Positions 1-10,313 of a DNA stretch of 64,000 bases are shown here, piece after piece. The notes beneath the pieces are model-generated. The model was given only the letters and a program-made list of their open reading frames with translations, was not told where the DNA came from and searched no databases. The translations under genes and the position numbers were made by a program. How positions within the stretch are numbered: the stretch's first letter is position 1; each line of letters opens with the position of its first letter. This DNA comes from an uncultured Gammaproteobacteria bacterium (GTDB lineage: Bacteria > Patescibacteriota > Microgenomatia > UBA10105 > UBA927). The stretch covers positions 769,319 to 833,318 of the forward strand of contig CAZVTT010000001.1 in the NCBI GenBank assembly GCA_964629685.1, written 5' to 3'.

Positions 1-258
1 AATCCGGCAGGCTTAGACGCAATACCTGGCACGGATGATGAAGCTGTTATTCTTCCGTATGAAGGGCAACTACTTCATGTCAGAACGAAAACTCAGAACA
101 GTAGATTTTTAGTAATATCGGAAATGCATAACCCTATCTGGTCTGTTACCATAGACGGGAACCCTGCCACCATTTACCGGACAAATTATGCATTTATGGG
201 AATAGTAGTACCGGCTGGAGTGCATGATGTACGTATTCGTCCGAAGCCAGGAATATGA
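1..258 (+). CDS. C-terminal ~85 aa of a YfhO-like polytopic membrane protein; 5' end lies outside the window
   Basis: Frame 1 is open from nt 1 to TGA at 256-258, and the stop overlaps the next ATG (ATGA). The tail ...IWSVTIDGNPATIYRTNYAFMGIVVPAGVHDVRIRPKPGI parallels the C-terminus of the 789-aa protein at 7944-10313 (...IHKTNYTFRGLYVPEGKHQIQFEY). This is the YfhO-type C-terminal pattern Y(R/K)xNYxF(R/M)G(I/V)xVPxGxHxxxF. Confidence 0.5.
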   Translation, partial: NPAGLDAIPGTDDEAVILPYEGQLLHVRTKTQNSRFLVISEMHNPIWSVTIDGNPATIYRTNYAFMGIVVPAGVHDVRIRPKPGI

Positions 259-1166
259 ATAAAAAACAAACGGTTTCCATAATAATTCCCAACCACAACG
301 GCATTTCGTTGTTACGGCAATTCTTACCGAAAGTCATAGACGTAGCGGACGGTGCAGAGATCATTGTTGTAGATGATAATTCCACGGATGATTCCGTTTC
401 CTGGATGAAGCAAATTGGTACCCGCATAACCGTTATAGAAAAGAAAGAACATACAGGTTTTGCTTCTACGGTAAACACAGGTGTAACAGCTGCCAAGGGG
501 GATATAGTGTATTTGTTAAATACGGATGTCGTACCGGAAAAAGGTTTTTTGTCCCCATTGCTGACCGTACTGGAGGATGAGCAGGTATTCGCGGTCGGCA
601 GTCTGGAAAAAAGCCATGAAAAGGAAGGTATCGTTACTCGTGGCAGGGGTAAGGCTAAATGGACAAAAGGGTTTTTTATTCACCGGAAAGGTGAATCGGA
701 TTTGCGGGATACTGCCTGGGTATCAGGAGGAAGCGCAGCATTCAGAAAGTCGTTATGGGTAAAATTCGGCGGAATGGACGAATTATACAATCCGTTTTAC
801 TGGGAAGATATCGATTTGTCATACAGGGCGTTAAAGAACGGATACAAAATCAGGTTTGAGCCAACCAGTATAGTACATCATTACCATGATAAGGGAAGTA
901 TAAAACGGGAGTTTTCTCCTGAATATGTAAAACTGGTGGCATACCGGAATCAGTTTATTTTTATCTGGAAGAATTTATCTGACGCAGGTATTTTCCGGGA
1001 TCATTTCCTTTGGCTTCCTGTCCGCTTGTTTCAGGCATTATTTCGGTTCGATTGGCGGTTCACTGCCGGCTTATTTTGGGCGGTACTTCTGCTTCCCGCA
1101 ATTATTCACTCGCGGCACTTACAGCAGCAATTCTGGCGTATTCCCGATCGGGAAATTCCCTTATAA
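255..1166 (+). CDS. Glycosyltransferase family 2 (GT-A fold)
   Basis: The N-terminus VSIIIPNHNG...AEIIVVDDNSTDDS and the later KGDIVYLLNTDVV match the GT2 signature (NDP-sugar binding region plus DxD-like motif). AGGAA lies a few nt upstream of the ATG. Confidence 0.8.
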   Translation: MNKKQTVSIIIPNHNGISLLRQFLPKVIDVADGAEIIVVDDNSTDDSVSWMKQIGTRITVIEKKEHTGFASTVNTGVTAAKGDIVYLLNTDVVPEKGFLSPLLTVLEDEQVFAVGSLEKSHEKEGIVTRGRGKAKWTKGFFIHRKGESDLRDTAWVSGGSAAFRKSLWVKFGGMDELYNPFYWEDIDLSYRALKNGYKIRFEPTSIVHHYHDKGSIKREFSPEYVKLVAYRNQFIFIWKNLSDAGIFRDHFLWLPVRLFQALFRFDWRFTAGLFWAVLLLPAIIHSRHLQQQFWRIPDREIPL

Positions 1167-1931
1167 CGTATCGAGAAAGTCTACCAGCAAAGTGTTAAAG
1201 GTAGCAGGTTGCTCCATATTCACCAAATGTCCCGCATCCGTAATCTCTTCCGTACGTGAGAGTTCAATACGTCTCTCCAGAATTTTCGCAACATCCTGGA
1301 AATACGTTAGATCATTTGTTCCTTTAATGATTAGCGTCGGTACGGCAATTTCCGTAATCCGATCAATGGCTTTAGGAAATAATTTTTTCCGGAAATCTCC
1401 GTCTATCCAGTGCGAGCCGGAATAATCGTGTACCATTTGTTGGAGTTGCTCATAGGCTTCCTGGTGTTTTCTGGTTTCGCTAAATACCTCATGAGTCAGC
1501 CAGTAATGTTTGGCGTTCGGAATTCCTTCTTCTCTGGCATGTACATTCCAGCTGACGGTGCTGGCATATCCGCCTAACGATGAATTTACCAGTGTCAGCG
1601 ATCTTATGAATTCAGGATGGGTGAGGGTCGTATCTATGGCTATTTCGCCACCCAGCGATAATCCTACAAGGTGTGTGCGCGTGATTCCCAAATGATCCAA
1701 TAACCGCGCTAAGTCATCGTGATGCGCATACGGTGATCCGGGAATGGAGGATTTACCGAATCCCCGTAAATCGTACGTGAGTACCTGAAATTGTTGGGCA
1801 AAGTAGGTTATTTGCGGTTGCCATAATCTATGATCCATGCCGAACCCGTGCACAAAAGTCAACGTTTCTCCTTTTCCTTCAAGCTGATAGTGTAAAACTC
1901 CGCGGGAAACTTCGCATGTGCCGTTAGACAT
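1161..1931 (-). CDS. Alpha/beta-hydrolase fold protein (esterase/lipase type)
   Basis: HGFGMDHRLW forms the oxyanion-hole region and GLSLGG is the GxSxG nucleophile elbow. The 256-aa length is typical of the ABH fold. Confidence 0.75.
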   Translation of the reverse strand: MSNGTCEVSRGVLHYQLEGKGETLTFVHGFGMDHRLWQPQITYFAQQFQVLTYDLRGFGKSSIPGSPYAHHDDLARLLDHLGITRTHLVGLSLGGEIAIDTTLTHPEFIRSLTLVNSSLGGYASTVSWNVHAREEGIPNAKHYWLTHEVFSETRKHQEAYEQLQQMVHDYSGSHWIDGDFRKKLFPKAIDRITEIAVPTLIIKGTNDLTYFQDVAKILERRIELSRTEEITDAGHLVNMEQPATFNTLLVDFLDTL

Positions 1932-2010
1932 AGCCGTAGTGTACAGTTGTCTCGGTCATTTGCCAACGTGTACGAAATGGGACTAGTCCGGGCGGCTTTA
2001 TCTGGGTACA

Positions 2011-2907
2011 ATGTATTGTTGTAAATACGGAATCATTATTATGAAATGTTATCTTTGTTCTTCTCCAATGCAACCGTTTCTAAATAAAAACGGTTTCCGG
2101 ATATATCGTTGTCGGGAGTGCACCTTGGCACAAACCGATTTGCGTCAGAATTATGACGAGTTTGTTGAAGAACATTATGCGAAAGGGTATTTTACCGGTG
2201 ACGCAACTAAAGTTGCATATGTGGATTATAAAGATGATAAGGCTATGATTGTAAGAAATATGCGGAAATTTCTTCAGCGTATTGAGCAGGTTAAGCCGAA
2301 CGGAAAGTTGTTGGATGTGGGATGTGCACTAGGGTTTTTTGTAGAGTTAGCGCTTTCTAAAAATTTTGATGCGTATGGATTTGACCCTTCAGATTATGCC
2401 GTTACCGAAGCCCGGGCGTTAGTTGGGGATGACCGTATTCAGAAATATACGATCCACACTGCCAAGTATGCTTCCGGGCAATTTGACGTCATCACTTTAT
2501 TTGACGTGTTTGAACATTTGGCTGATCCGGCAAGGGATCTACGGCAGTTGTACAAATTATTAAAACCGGACGGCATTTTGATTCTGGCAACGGGGGATAC
2601 GAATAGCTGGCTTGCGAAAATATTAAAAAAACGCTGGACATTTTATATTCCGCCGCAGCATTTGTTTTTTTTCAACCAGCAAACGCTTTCGTCGCTACTT
2701 GAACGGGAGAAATTCATACCCACACAATGGTTCCGTATAGGAAAATGGTTGAGTTTACGGTATGTGCTGCATTTAGCAGGAACAACAGGACAAAGCGGGT
2801 TGGGTAAATATTTGTATCAAAAGGTTAAATCGAATTGGTTGGGGAAAATTCCGCTCTGGTTGCCTGTGCAGGATAATATGGTAGTAGTTGCGCAAAAAAG
2901 GAAATAG
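2011..2907 (+). CDS. Class I SAM-dependent methyltransferase with N-terminal CxxC...CxxC zinc ribbon; start is more likely ATG 2041 (MKCYLCSS...)
   Basis: Zinc ribbon CYLCS...YRCREC. Motif I LLDVGCALGFF and post-I FDVITLFDVFEHL resemble Methyltransf_11/23. Confidence 0.75.
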   Translation: MYCCKYGIIIMKCYLCSSPMQPFLNKNGFRIYRCRECTLAQTDLRQNYDEFVEEHYAKGYFTGDATKVAYVDYKDDKAMIVRNMRKFLQRIEQVKPNGKLLDVGCALGFFVELALSKNFDAYGFDPSDYAVTEARALVGDDRIQKYTIHTAKYASGQFDVITLFDVFEHLADPARDLRQLYKLLKPDGILILATGDTNSWLAKILKKRWTFYIPPQHLFFFNQQTLSSLLEREKFIPTQWFRIGKWLSLRYVLHLAGTTGQSGLGKYLYQKVKSNWLGKIPLWLPVQDNMVVVAQKRK

Positions 2908-2943
2908 TCGTTAATTTGAAGCAATATCCTGTATTGTCTGTGT

Positions 2944-4644
2944 CTACTTCGTGCGGTGCAGGATTTGAAACACGGCGCTGTTATCACTTCGTTGTATGAT
3001 TTTATCATAGGTAATGAGCGGGCTGTCCACGCGTGTGCATGTTCCGGCGTTTACATACAGAATATTCGTTTCGCCCACTAGTTGTGTTTTTACTTTTCCT
3101 GTTGGTTCGGAAACGGTATCCATACGTACCGGACAATCATCCGTGGTAAAGGTGTAAGGTCCGAAGGATACCCGATCAAAATCGTTGGTAGCTAGTTGGG
3201 CTGTCTCACGTTGGAATAAAGCAGGATCATATTTCAGATAAAATAACATGAATATTGTGGGTGCGGATTCGCGGTTAGTGATTACCGCCCTATTATATTT
3301 TAGGATTTCCGGATTGATGGATTTGACTAACTCTGCGTATCCTTCCATCCTATACCATGGTTTATGCACCACCTGGTGGATGTAATACTGATGCAGGTAT
3401 TGAGTAAAACCAAATAAACATATAAGTAGCGTACCGGTAAGCAGAATACGTCTTTTTCCGGGCGATATCCGTTTTATGGTTTCCCATAGAGTGCTAATCC
3501 CGAGTGCAGTGCCGATTACGATGGGAATGATCATCACCACTGTCCGTTGCAGGTTCGGAATATCATCAAATGTCAGCGCGCTTCCGATAGGGGCCAGTAG
3601 TAACCAGCCGAATATTACATTTGTATCGGGCGATTTATTTTTGAGTAGGGTGATGAGTCCCAGGAGGATAAGCGGTAGTTCAAAAATATAGAGCAGGCCG
3701 GCACCGGGCACCCTGTATCGGTCGGGAAAACCAGCATCCGTAAAAAGGAATTTATAGGTAAAGTGATCAAAATAATTTTGGATTACCGCTTGCCCATAGC
3801 CTATTAGTTTGTTATGAAAAAGCCGGGAAACAATCGGTTGTATTTTCATTACACCGTCTTCGCGGATGGCTTCGTCGAGCATCAGCTGTGTGCCCTGTGA
3901 CGCGAACACACTTACCGTTTGGATGCGTAGTCCCAAGTTGGGCATTTTAAAAATAATGACGACCGGAATTACGATACACAACGTGTAAAGCAACCAGGTT
4001 TTGCTATGTATTCGTTTTTTTTCAGGAAAGTTCCAGAGCAATACCGGAAGAAAAAGAGGCAAAAATATGCGGGGTGCTTGGTACATAGTCAGAGTTATGC
4101 CAAAACTGGCAAATGCCAATAGTACTAGTGAAATTCGTTTTGAACTAAGACCGCGTCGGTACAACCAGACTCCCAGCAGAATAAAAAATAATACCGGTAT
4201 ATGTTCGGTTGCCGTACGCGAAAGGTTTATGTGCCATGGAGAAACCGCCAACAGAAATGCACCCAGTATTCCTACCGCCTTCCGGTGCTGCAGGGTAGAA
4301 AATTGGAATACGATTAATGCGACAAGCAAAATGCTTAAGGACCCGAATAATGCTGAGGCAAATCGAACGGAATACGCGGATAATCCGAACACCGCGATGA
4401 AAGGAATAGAAAGATATGAGTAGCCACCGGGACTATACAGGAAAGACCGGAAATGCAAAGGAAGGCGCGCCCCGGTCATATCGTTTCCGGTTTTGAGCAG
4501 TGAATAGGCATTGTAGCCCAAAAACGCTTCATCTCTATGCAGACCCGCGGGGATATGACCCAGCTCATGAAAACGGATAACGCCACCCAGGAGTATGGCA
4601 ACAGCAAGTAAAATAATGCCGATATTAATTCGTTTCATGAACAC
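2944..4644 (-). CDS. GT39/PMT_2-like (ArnT/PMT family) GT-C membrane glycosyltransferase, paralog 1
   Basis: N-terminal TM helix, then the loop motif LHRDEAFLGYNAYSLLKTGNDMTGARLPLHF shared with the four other paralogs. Multiple TM helices follow, then a C-terminal soluble domain. Confidence 0.7.
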   Translation of the reverse strand: MFMKRINIGIILLAVAILLGGVIRFHELGHIPAGLHRDEAFLGYNAYSLLKTGNDMTGARLPLHFRSFLYSPGGYSYLSIPFIAVFGLSAYSVRFASALFGSLSILLVALIVFQFSTLQHRKAVGILGAFLLAVSPWHINLSRTATEHIPVLFFILLGVWLYRRGLSSKRISLVLLAFASFGITLTMYQAPRIFLPLFLPVLLWNFPEKKRIHSKTWLLYTLCIVIPVVIIFKMPNLGLRIQTVSVFASQGTQLMLDEAIREDGVMKIQPIVSRLFHNKLIGYGQAVIQNYFDHFTYKFLFTDAGFPDRYRVPGAGLLYIFELPLILLGLITLLKNKSPDTNVIFGWLLLAPIGSALTFDDIPNLQRTVVMIIPIVIGTALGISTLWETIKRISPGKRRILLTGTLLICLFGFTQYLHQYYIHQVVHKPWYRMEGYAELVKSINPEILKYNRAVITNRESAPTIFMLFYLKYDPALFQRETAQLATNDFDRVSFGPYTFTTDDCPVRMDTVSEPTGKVKTQLVGETNILYVNAGTCTRVDSPLITYDKIIQRSDNSAVFQILHRTK

Positions 4645-6265
4645 GTAATGTTTTAATAATTCCGATTCCCAATATCATACACCATGCTCCGATAGAAAAA
4701 ACAGAAATGAGGTTGGTAGCCGTCCGGAATTTAGTTTCCCCAAATTTTATGCTAACGGAATATTCACCCGATGATAAGGGAAATGTAATTAACCCTCTGG
4801 CTGCAGGATCCTGAAATTCAATAGGTACCGGAATACCGTTTGCCGTAACAGTCCAACCGGGATAATAGAGTGTTGATTCGACGAGTTTTGACGGTAAAGT
4901 GGTATGTATGGAATACCGGTGTTCTATCGTCGAACGATAAAGTTCTCGTATTTCCGAATTTCCTTCAACTACCTGCAGCGCATGTTCGGGGGGTGCTGCG
5001 GGGTTTCCTGCACTCCATACCGTAGAAGACTGTCCGTGAAAATCAGTTGGCCCGTTATATGATTTGTAATACTCATCCGAATGCGTAATGACTTCGGGTA
5101 TTGCGGTAGCCATCGGTAAGGAAAATAAACATACGAGTGGTAATAGACACAGTATTACGGTTCGGCGTCCGAACTTTGGCAGGGAGAGCGTAATTGCGCA
5201 GGCAGCCGCGAATGAGGCAAGTGCCATCATCCTCCAAGGAAACTGTAGTTTTTGTAACATAGGTAATGCTCTCCATATGGATGAGGAGCTTGAAATCATC
5301 ATAAACAACGCGATTGTGGTTATTCCCAGGAAAAAAAGTATTCGTTTCGAATGAGCGGTGCGGTGATTAAAATAAAAGACGGAGAGTATCAGCAATAATA
5401 CTGGTAGTATTCCTAATTGCGGCGACAGGCCTTGCGGATCTGCGACAGCGGCGCCATTTCCCCATGTTGACCAGATGAGCTGTATTGGCGTAACAAAATT
5501 TTGTTTATACATGTCACCGATAAATAGAGCAGCATGAGTATATTTCTGTTCCGTGAGGGCCGGGAGCCAAAACCAAGAAGCAAGTGCTAATCCAAATAAT
5601 ACCGCAGTAAAATTTCCGAATCCTTTTTTTCCTGTCCCGGCAGATACAGCCGTATAAAGGATTATGACCGGCAAAAAAATAAGACTTATTCCGTTATGCG
5701 CCAGAATCAGTAGTGCTGTTGTTCCCGACAGGGCTGAGAATGAGAAGGCGGATATTCGCTTCGAGTTTCGGTCTGCACTCAGGAAAATTAATGGTATTAC
5801 GGCCAGTGCCACCAATTCTCCGATATCACCGCGGATATACAGGTTCAGGAAATGGTAGGGTAGTAATCCATAAATTAATGCCCCTAAAAATGCGTACTCG
5901 TCAGCGACATGCTGCTTCATCCACCAGAAAAAATGTAATCCTGCCAATATAAAACTTACCGAGATAAGTATCTTAAATCTGTTTTCATACGATAATCCCA
6001 GTGGGGAAATTGCGGCTGATAAATATCCCGGTAGAGGATAGAAAAAATTAAACACCGGAGAGCCAAACCTGTAATTTAAATCTCCTGCCCATCGGGGAGG
6101 AATGTGGCGGTCGGCAAATGCTTTATCATAGGCAGCAAAGCGGGCAATATTTACTTCACCGTCATGTGATTTCGGTATACCCGGATTAAGCATCGGCACG
6201 GTAAACGCTCCGAGTATTATGAGCAGGATTATGCACCAGTGACGGGTTTGAGGTGGTCGACCCAT
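4625..6265 (-). CDS. YfhO/PTPS-related-type polytopic membrane protein (putative GT-C glycosyltransferase), paralog A
   Basis: Shared N-terminal motif SHDGEVNIARFAAY...IPPRWAGDLNYRFGSPVFNFFYPLPGY. About 12 TM segments. C-terminal domain YYPGWTVTANGIPVPIEFQD..GEYSVSIKFGET. Paralogous to 10303-11961 and 19763-21394. Confidence 0.6.
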   Translation of the reverse strand: MGRPPQTRHWCIILLIILGAFTVPMLNPGIPKSHDGEVNIARFAAYDKAFADRHIPPRWAGDLNYRFGSPVFNFFYPLPGYLSAAISPLGLSYENRFKILISVSFILAGLHFFWWMKQHVADEYAFLGALIYGLLPYHFLNLYIRGDIGELVALAVIPLIFLSADRNSKRISAFSFSALSGTTALLILAHNGISLIFLPVIILYTAVSAGTGKKGFGNFTAVLFGLALASWFWLPALTEQKYTHAALFIGDMYKQNFVTPIQLIWSTWGNGAAVADPQGLSPQLGILPVLLLILSVFYFNHRTAHSKRILFFLGITTIALFMMISSSSSIWRALPMLQKLQFPWRMMALASFAAACAITLSLPKFGRRTVILCLLPLVCLFSLPMATAIPEVITHSDEYYKSYNGPTDFHGQSSTVWSAGNPAAPPEHALQVVEGNSEIRELYRSTIEHRYSIHTTLPSKLVESTLYYPGWTVTANGIPVPIEFQDPAARGLITFPLSSGEYSVSIKFGETKFRTATNLISVFSIGAWCMILGIGIIKTLRVHETN

Positions 6266-6268
6266 ACC

Positions 6269-7975
6269 TTACGGGCGGGAATTTACGAGCACAAATGCTA
6301 TATCCTCAACCGGATATTGAACTATGGTTTGCTTTACGGCGAATACAACCGGCTTTCTGGGGTAGTATACGGTTTTAAGCGGTGTAACATCCTTAGGTTT
6401 ATTATCCGGTGTAGTAACCAGTAACGTCCGTGGTTGTTTCATGTCGTGGTCCCAGTCAATTGCTCTGAATTCAAATTGATTAAATTTTAAAACCGGAATA
6501 AATCCTTCCTCATCCGCGTTTCCTCTCAAAACCGTGTCCTGAAATGATGCCGGTGGAACATGCAGGTAAAACAGTACTGAAGTATAGGGAATTCCTGCCG
6601 CCGGGTCTATGATAACCTTGTCGTACTCAATGCTACTGGTAAGAAGAAAGGCTGCTAAAGCAGGGTCTTCGGCTCGCCAAGCAGGTGCATACACTACCGG
6701 AAATCTGATGGTGTAAGACATGAAATAGTGAATACCGCTAAGCGTGAATAGTATTAATGTTATAAGTGATAAACCGACTTTAATCATTTTCGGACTCCTA
6801 CGGACATACGAAAGGAGTGTCTCATAGCCGGTTGCAAGCACGACCGTAAGCGGAAATAGCAAGAAATAACTTCTGGTCGCGTGCGGTGCTTCGCGGGTTA
6901 AGCTGGCGACACCAACGGTAATAACCGCCCAACCGGAAAGATAGATCATCCAGGATTCTCTCTTTCTCGTCCAAACCCATAGCCCTATCAACATGATTGC
7001 TATTTCGAATAAATAGAATTGTCCGGTAGTAGAAATTCCATGGTTGCCATGTGTTGATCCGGTTATAAAAAAGAAAGGCACAGACAAATAATTCGCGACA
7101 TTTTTAGAAAATTGCATACCATTCAACAGATATGAATTAAAAAAGAGTTGCGGAATTGGTTTAGGAAGCGTGTTAGCAAAACTTCTCAATTCTATTAACG
7201 GTGCTTGCACGACCGCACTTGAGGTTAGCAGCGTTCCTTGTGCGGAAGTTACTCCCCCCAATGACCGGAACGACAATACGAATGGCAGCAAGAGGATTAA
7301 CGTCGGTAATATTGCGATGAGTAATTCACCTTTTCCCGGTGTTTTTTGATTTCGTTTTAGGAATATAAAAGAAAAAACTGCCAGCAACGGAGCCAACATT
7401 CTGGTCAGATTATACGTATATAGTCCCAATACAAAACACAGCAGACTAATACATAACCACCCGCGCTTGTGCTCAAAGGCTTTCATCATTGCCCATGAAC
7501 CTGTCATCAATAAAAATAATCCGATACTGACCTCGAAGGTAGCTCTACTATAATGTATATGCCAGGGATTTACTGTCAGTATTGCAGCCGCAATCAGACC
7601 TGTGTTTTTTTTCTTTGTGAGTTTAGTGACCAATACATACATGAGTATGACGGTAAGCACCCCAAATAATGCGGAAGGGAAGCGTACTGCAAATGGGGTT
7701 AGACCGAATAGCTTTATTGAAATCGCTGCGGTATATATGTATACCGGTAATTTCTGGTCACCGAATGATGTAAAGTAGAGCGGAAAAGAAACGCCGTGCT
7801 CGTCTTTTCCGGTTTCCAGAATGGAATATGCGTTATATCCGATGGCAGTTTCGTCCTGATAGAGTCCGTTAGGAATTGTTCCCAGAGCGTAAAATCGAAT
7901 ACAGGCAGCTATAAAAACCACCAATCCCAATACCCAGAAGTGTTTATTCATGATGCCGTCGTTTCCCGATTGCAT
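6269..7975 (-). CDS. GT39/PMT_2-like GT-C membrane glycosyltransferase, paralog 2
   Basis: Loop motif LYQDETAIGYNAYSILETGKDEHGVSFPLYF after the first TM helix; polytopic. Confidence 0.7.
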   Translation of the reverse strand: MQSGNDGIMNKHFWVLGLVVFIAACIRFYALGTIPNGLYQDETAIGYNAYSILETGKDEHGVSFPLYFTSFGDQKLPVYIYTAAISIKLFGLTPFAVRFPSALFGVLTVILMYVLVTKLTKKKNTGLIAAAILTVNPWHIHYSRATFEVSIGLFLLMTGSWAMMKAFEHKRGWLCISLLCFVLGLYTYNLTRMLAPLLAVFSFIFLKRNQKTPGKGELLIAILPTLILLLPFVLSFRSLGGVTSAQGTLLTSSAVVQAPLIELRSFANTLPKPIPQLFFNSYLLNGMQFSKNVANYLSVPFFFITGSTHGNHGISTTGQFYLFEIAIMLIGLWVWTRKRESWMIYLSGWAVITVGVASLTREAPHATRSYFLLFPLTVVLATGYETLLSYVRRSPKMIKVGLSLITLILFTLSGIHYFMSYTIRFPVVYAPAWRAEDPALAAFLLTSSIEYDKVIIDPAAGIPYTSVLFYLHVPPASFQDTVLRGNADEEGFIPVLKFNQFEFRAIDWDHDMKQPRTLLVTTPDNKPKDVTPLKTVYYPRKPVVFAVKQTIVQYPVEDIAFVLVNSRP

Positions 7976-10313
7976 ATATATAATAACCGTATGCTAGTAA
8001 CCCTAATACACTGATCATAGACAGTTTGAGTCCCATATAAAAGGACACCGGTCTATATTCAAATTGTATCTGGTGTTTTCCTTCCGGAACATATAATCCT
8101 CTGAATGTGTAATTGGTTTTATGTATCGGTACACTCTCCGAATCTATTGTGGCAATCCATCCCGGGTCATACGAATCTGAAAATACCATAAATTTATTGC
8201 CGGTGCTTTGAGTTTGAATCGTGACTTTATTCGGTGAATACATGCTAATCGATGCCGAATCCGCTGCGTCATAAGGTGATAATTCCGTAACTTCCGGATG
8301 CTCTACCAACGCAGTTGTTAAAGGGTTAAACTCATCACTGAAAAATATTTTTTCGAATTCTTCCTTATTCGTGTACGGTTGAATTGTAGAAACAAATTGA
8401 ACCCGAGGAACACTCTTCCGAAACTGATATATACGCCAACCATCCTGGTCATAAACTTGCGAAAATTGAGATGGCGGGTAGCTGGTTTGATCCGTTCCGT
8501 TTTCTATCCGGTCCAGAATATATCCGGTACCGGTTATGGCGAGAATTTTAAGCCGGGCGGCATTTTCTGCAATGTCGGTATTTCCGAATCCCGGAGCTAT
8601 TCGGGCATCGGAACGGGTAGCAGTGTCAAAATTCCGCAAAAGAATTCCGTTGCGGGAAGCACCTAACAATTCACCGTATGATCGCGGATAAAGGGGATCG
8701 TACCCTTCTGCAGAATAGAGTCGGAATGCAGTTGCAAAGTTGGCTTCTATCCCTGCAGAGCCATAACCCCAAAATCGTTCGTACCCCGCCTTATCTTTCA
8801 GCCAGTTTATGACGGCAGTAGGCGGATAAATATATGATGCGGGAACAAAAGGGTTAAATTTTTGTCCGAAATACCATAAGTCGGTTGCTTGAATACATAT
8901 AAGAACCGTCGCAATTATCCATGTTTTTTTTATAAATCGGGGTAGAATAAATACCGAAAGCATGAGTAGAGTAAATACACCCGCAGAAAAAATCCACATG
9001 CTTTTTACGATAGCAATATATTTAGTTATGCCCAAGGCAAAAATTAATCCTAAAATAATTATAAATATCACGGATGAATACAGGGGTTTTTCCTTAGGTT
9101 TCCGTATCCATGTATCAAATCCGTGAGCTCCTAAGACCGCCAGTGCGAAGCTTAGCAAAAAAATCATATTTGCCGGGGAACTGGTAGATATTAACGGTAT
9201 GGGGATACGGTAGAGCCATTCGCTAAAGGGTGTGCGGATTACAAGTAATAATAAAATTATGGCCATGCCGCCGAAAAATTTGGTGTTTCCCGATTGCTTA
9301 TTATTTCTTAACGCCAGATGTACAAAAAATAAACAAATCAGACCCACATACATGGCTTTACCGGGATAAGATCCCGGATCGGTGTAATTTCTGGTGGCCG
9401 GATTACCGAATATATCCGGAGAAAAAAGCATAAAAATTTGCTTTGGCTGGATTAAAAGGTTTTCTATCAGGAAGTTGTACGGTTGATTGACCCGAGCAGA
9501 TTCGCCCAGTAACGTAACTGTCGGGATTAACTGAAAAGAAATCAAACCCAACCCGATTGTCGTTAAGAGTATCTGCCTGATCAATACGGTTTTGGAATTT
9601 CTGAGTGTAACTGCCATATATCCCAGAATTGCAGTCAAAGATACGACAAAAATTTGTAAATGTCCTGCAAGTCCGGACATAGTTAACGCGGTAATATAAA
9701 CGATAGACCAGCGGACACTCGATTTTTCCTTTAGTCGGATTATTGCCGTAAACGCGAGCGGCAGCCACATGAATACATGGCCAATCGTGTTGTATTCTAA
9801 GAAGACGGTCATAAATAACGAAAGACCGAATGCGACAGCACCGAACACGGCACTAACGCGGGTAAGTGCTTGTGATCGAAGAAACATATACGTAAATAGC
9901 ATGGCTAACGCCGGTTGGGCTATAACCAAAATTGTCCAGGCAATAACCGTGGGGAATAAAATATACAGCAGGTGAAATGGGTAAAATACGGCAGATTGTG
10001 AATTTGCATGGAGCGGACTTCCCGAGAAATTATAAGGATTCCACAGCGGTATATTCCCCGACTTCCAGATGTCTGCAGCAAGTGCATGCCATGGGTATAT
10101 CTGTCGTACGGTATCGAAATATTGGGCTTTATTCGGAATTGAACCTGCTGTATAGCCATTATAAGAATATGACTGCCATGGTTTATATTCTGAAAGTAAG
10201 ATATCTCCCGGGAAGGGAATTAATCCCAGGAAAATACTTTTATAAAAGTAGGCAGCGCAAACAACTATAAACGTGCATATCGGAAGCCAGCGGATAAGTA
10301 CTTTAAGCTGCAT
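7944..10313 (-). CDS. YfhO-family polytopic membrane protein (putative GT-C glycosyltransferase)
   Basis: The N-terminal region FPGDILLSEYKPW...IWKSGNIPLWNPYNFSGSPLHANSQSAVFYPF resembles the YfhO signature. Many TM helices. C-terminal TNYTFRGLYVPEGKHQIQFEY is followed by a terminal TM helix. Confidence 0.65.
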   Translation of the reverse strand: MQLKVLIRWLPICTFIVVCAAYFYKSIFLGLIPFPGDILLSEYKPWQSYSYNGYTAGSIPNKAQYFDTVRQIYPWHALAADIWKSGNIPLWNPYNFSGSPLHANSQSAVFYPFHLLYILFPTVIAWTILVIAQPALAMLFTYMFLRSQALTRVSAVFGAVAFGLSLFMTVFLEYNTIGHVFMWLPLAFTAIIRLKEKSSVRWSIVYITALTMSGLAGHLQIFVVSLTAILGYMAVTLRNSKTVLIRQILLTTIGLGLISFQLIPTVTLLGESARVNQPYNFLIENLLIQPKQIFMLFSPDIFGNPATRNYTDPGSYPGKAMYVGLICLFFVHLALRNNKQSGNTKFFGGMAIILLLLVIRTPFSEWLYRIPIPLISTSSPANMIFLLSFALAVLGAHGFDTWIRKPKEKPLYSSVIFIIILGLIFALGITKYIAIVKSMWIFSAGVFTLLMLSVFILPRFIKKTWIIATVLICIQATDLWYFGQKFNPFVPASYIYPPTAVINWLKDKAGYERFWGYGSAGIEANFATAFRLYSAEGYDPLYPRSYGELLGASRNGILLRNFDTATRSDARIAPGFGNTDIAENAARLKILAITGTGYILDRIENGTDQTSYPPSQFSQVYDQDGWRIYQFRKSVPRVQFVSTIQPYTNKEEFEKIFFSDEFNPLTTALVEHPEVTELSPYDAADSASISMYSPNKVTIQTQSTGNKFMVFSDSYDPGWIATIDSESVPIHKTNYTFRGLYVPEGKHQIQFEYRPVSFYMGLKLSMISVLGLLAYGYYIYAIGKRRHHE

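Noticed and set aside
2908-2943. Convergent intergenic gap between the methyltransferase (+) and the GT39 (-), examined for a bidirectional rho-independent terminator
   Set aside because: No convincing GC-rich stem-loop followed by a T or A run is visible in the 36-nt gap, so nothing is called.
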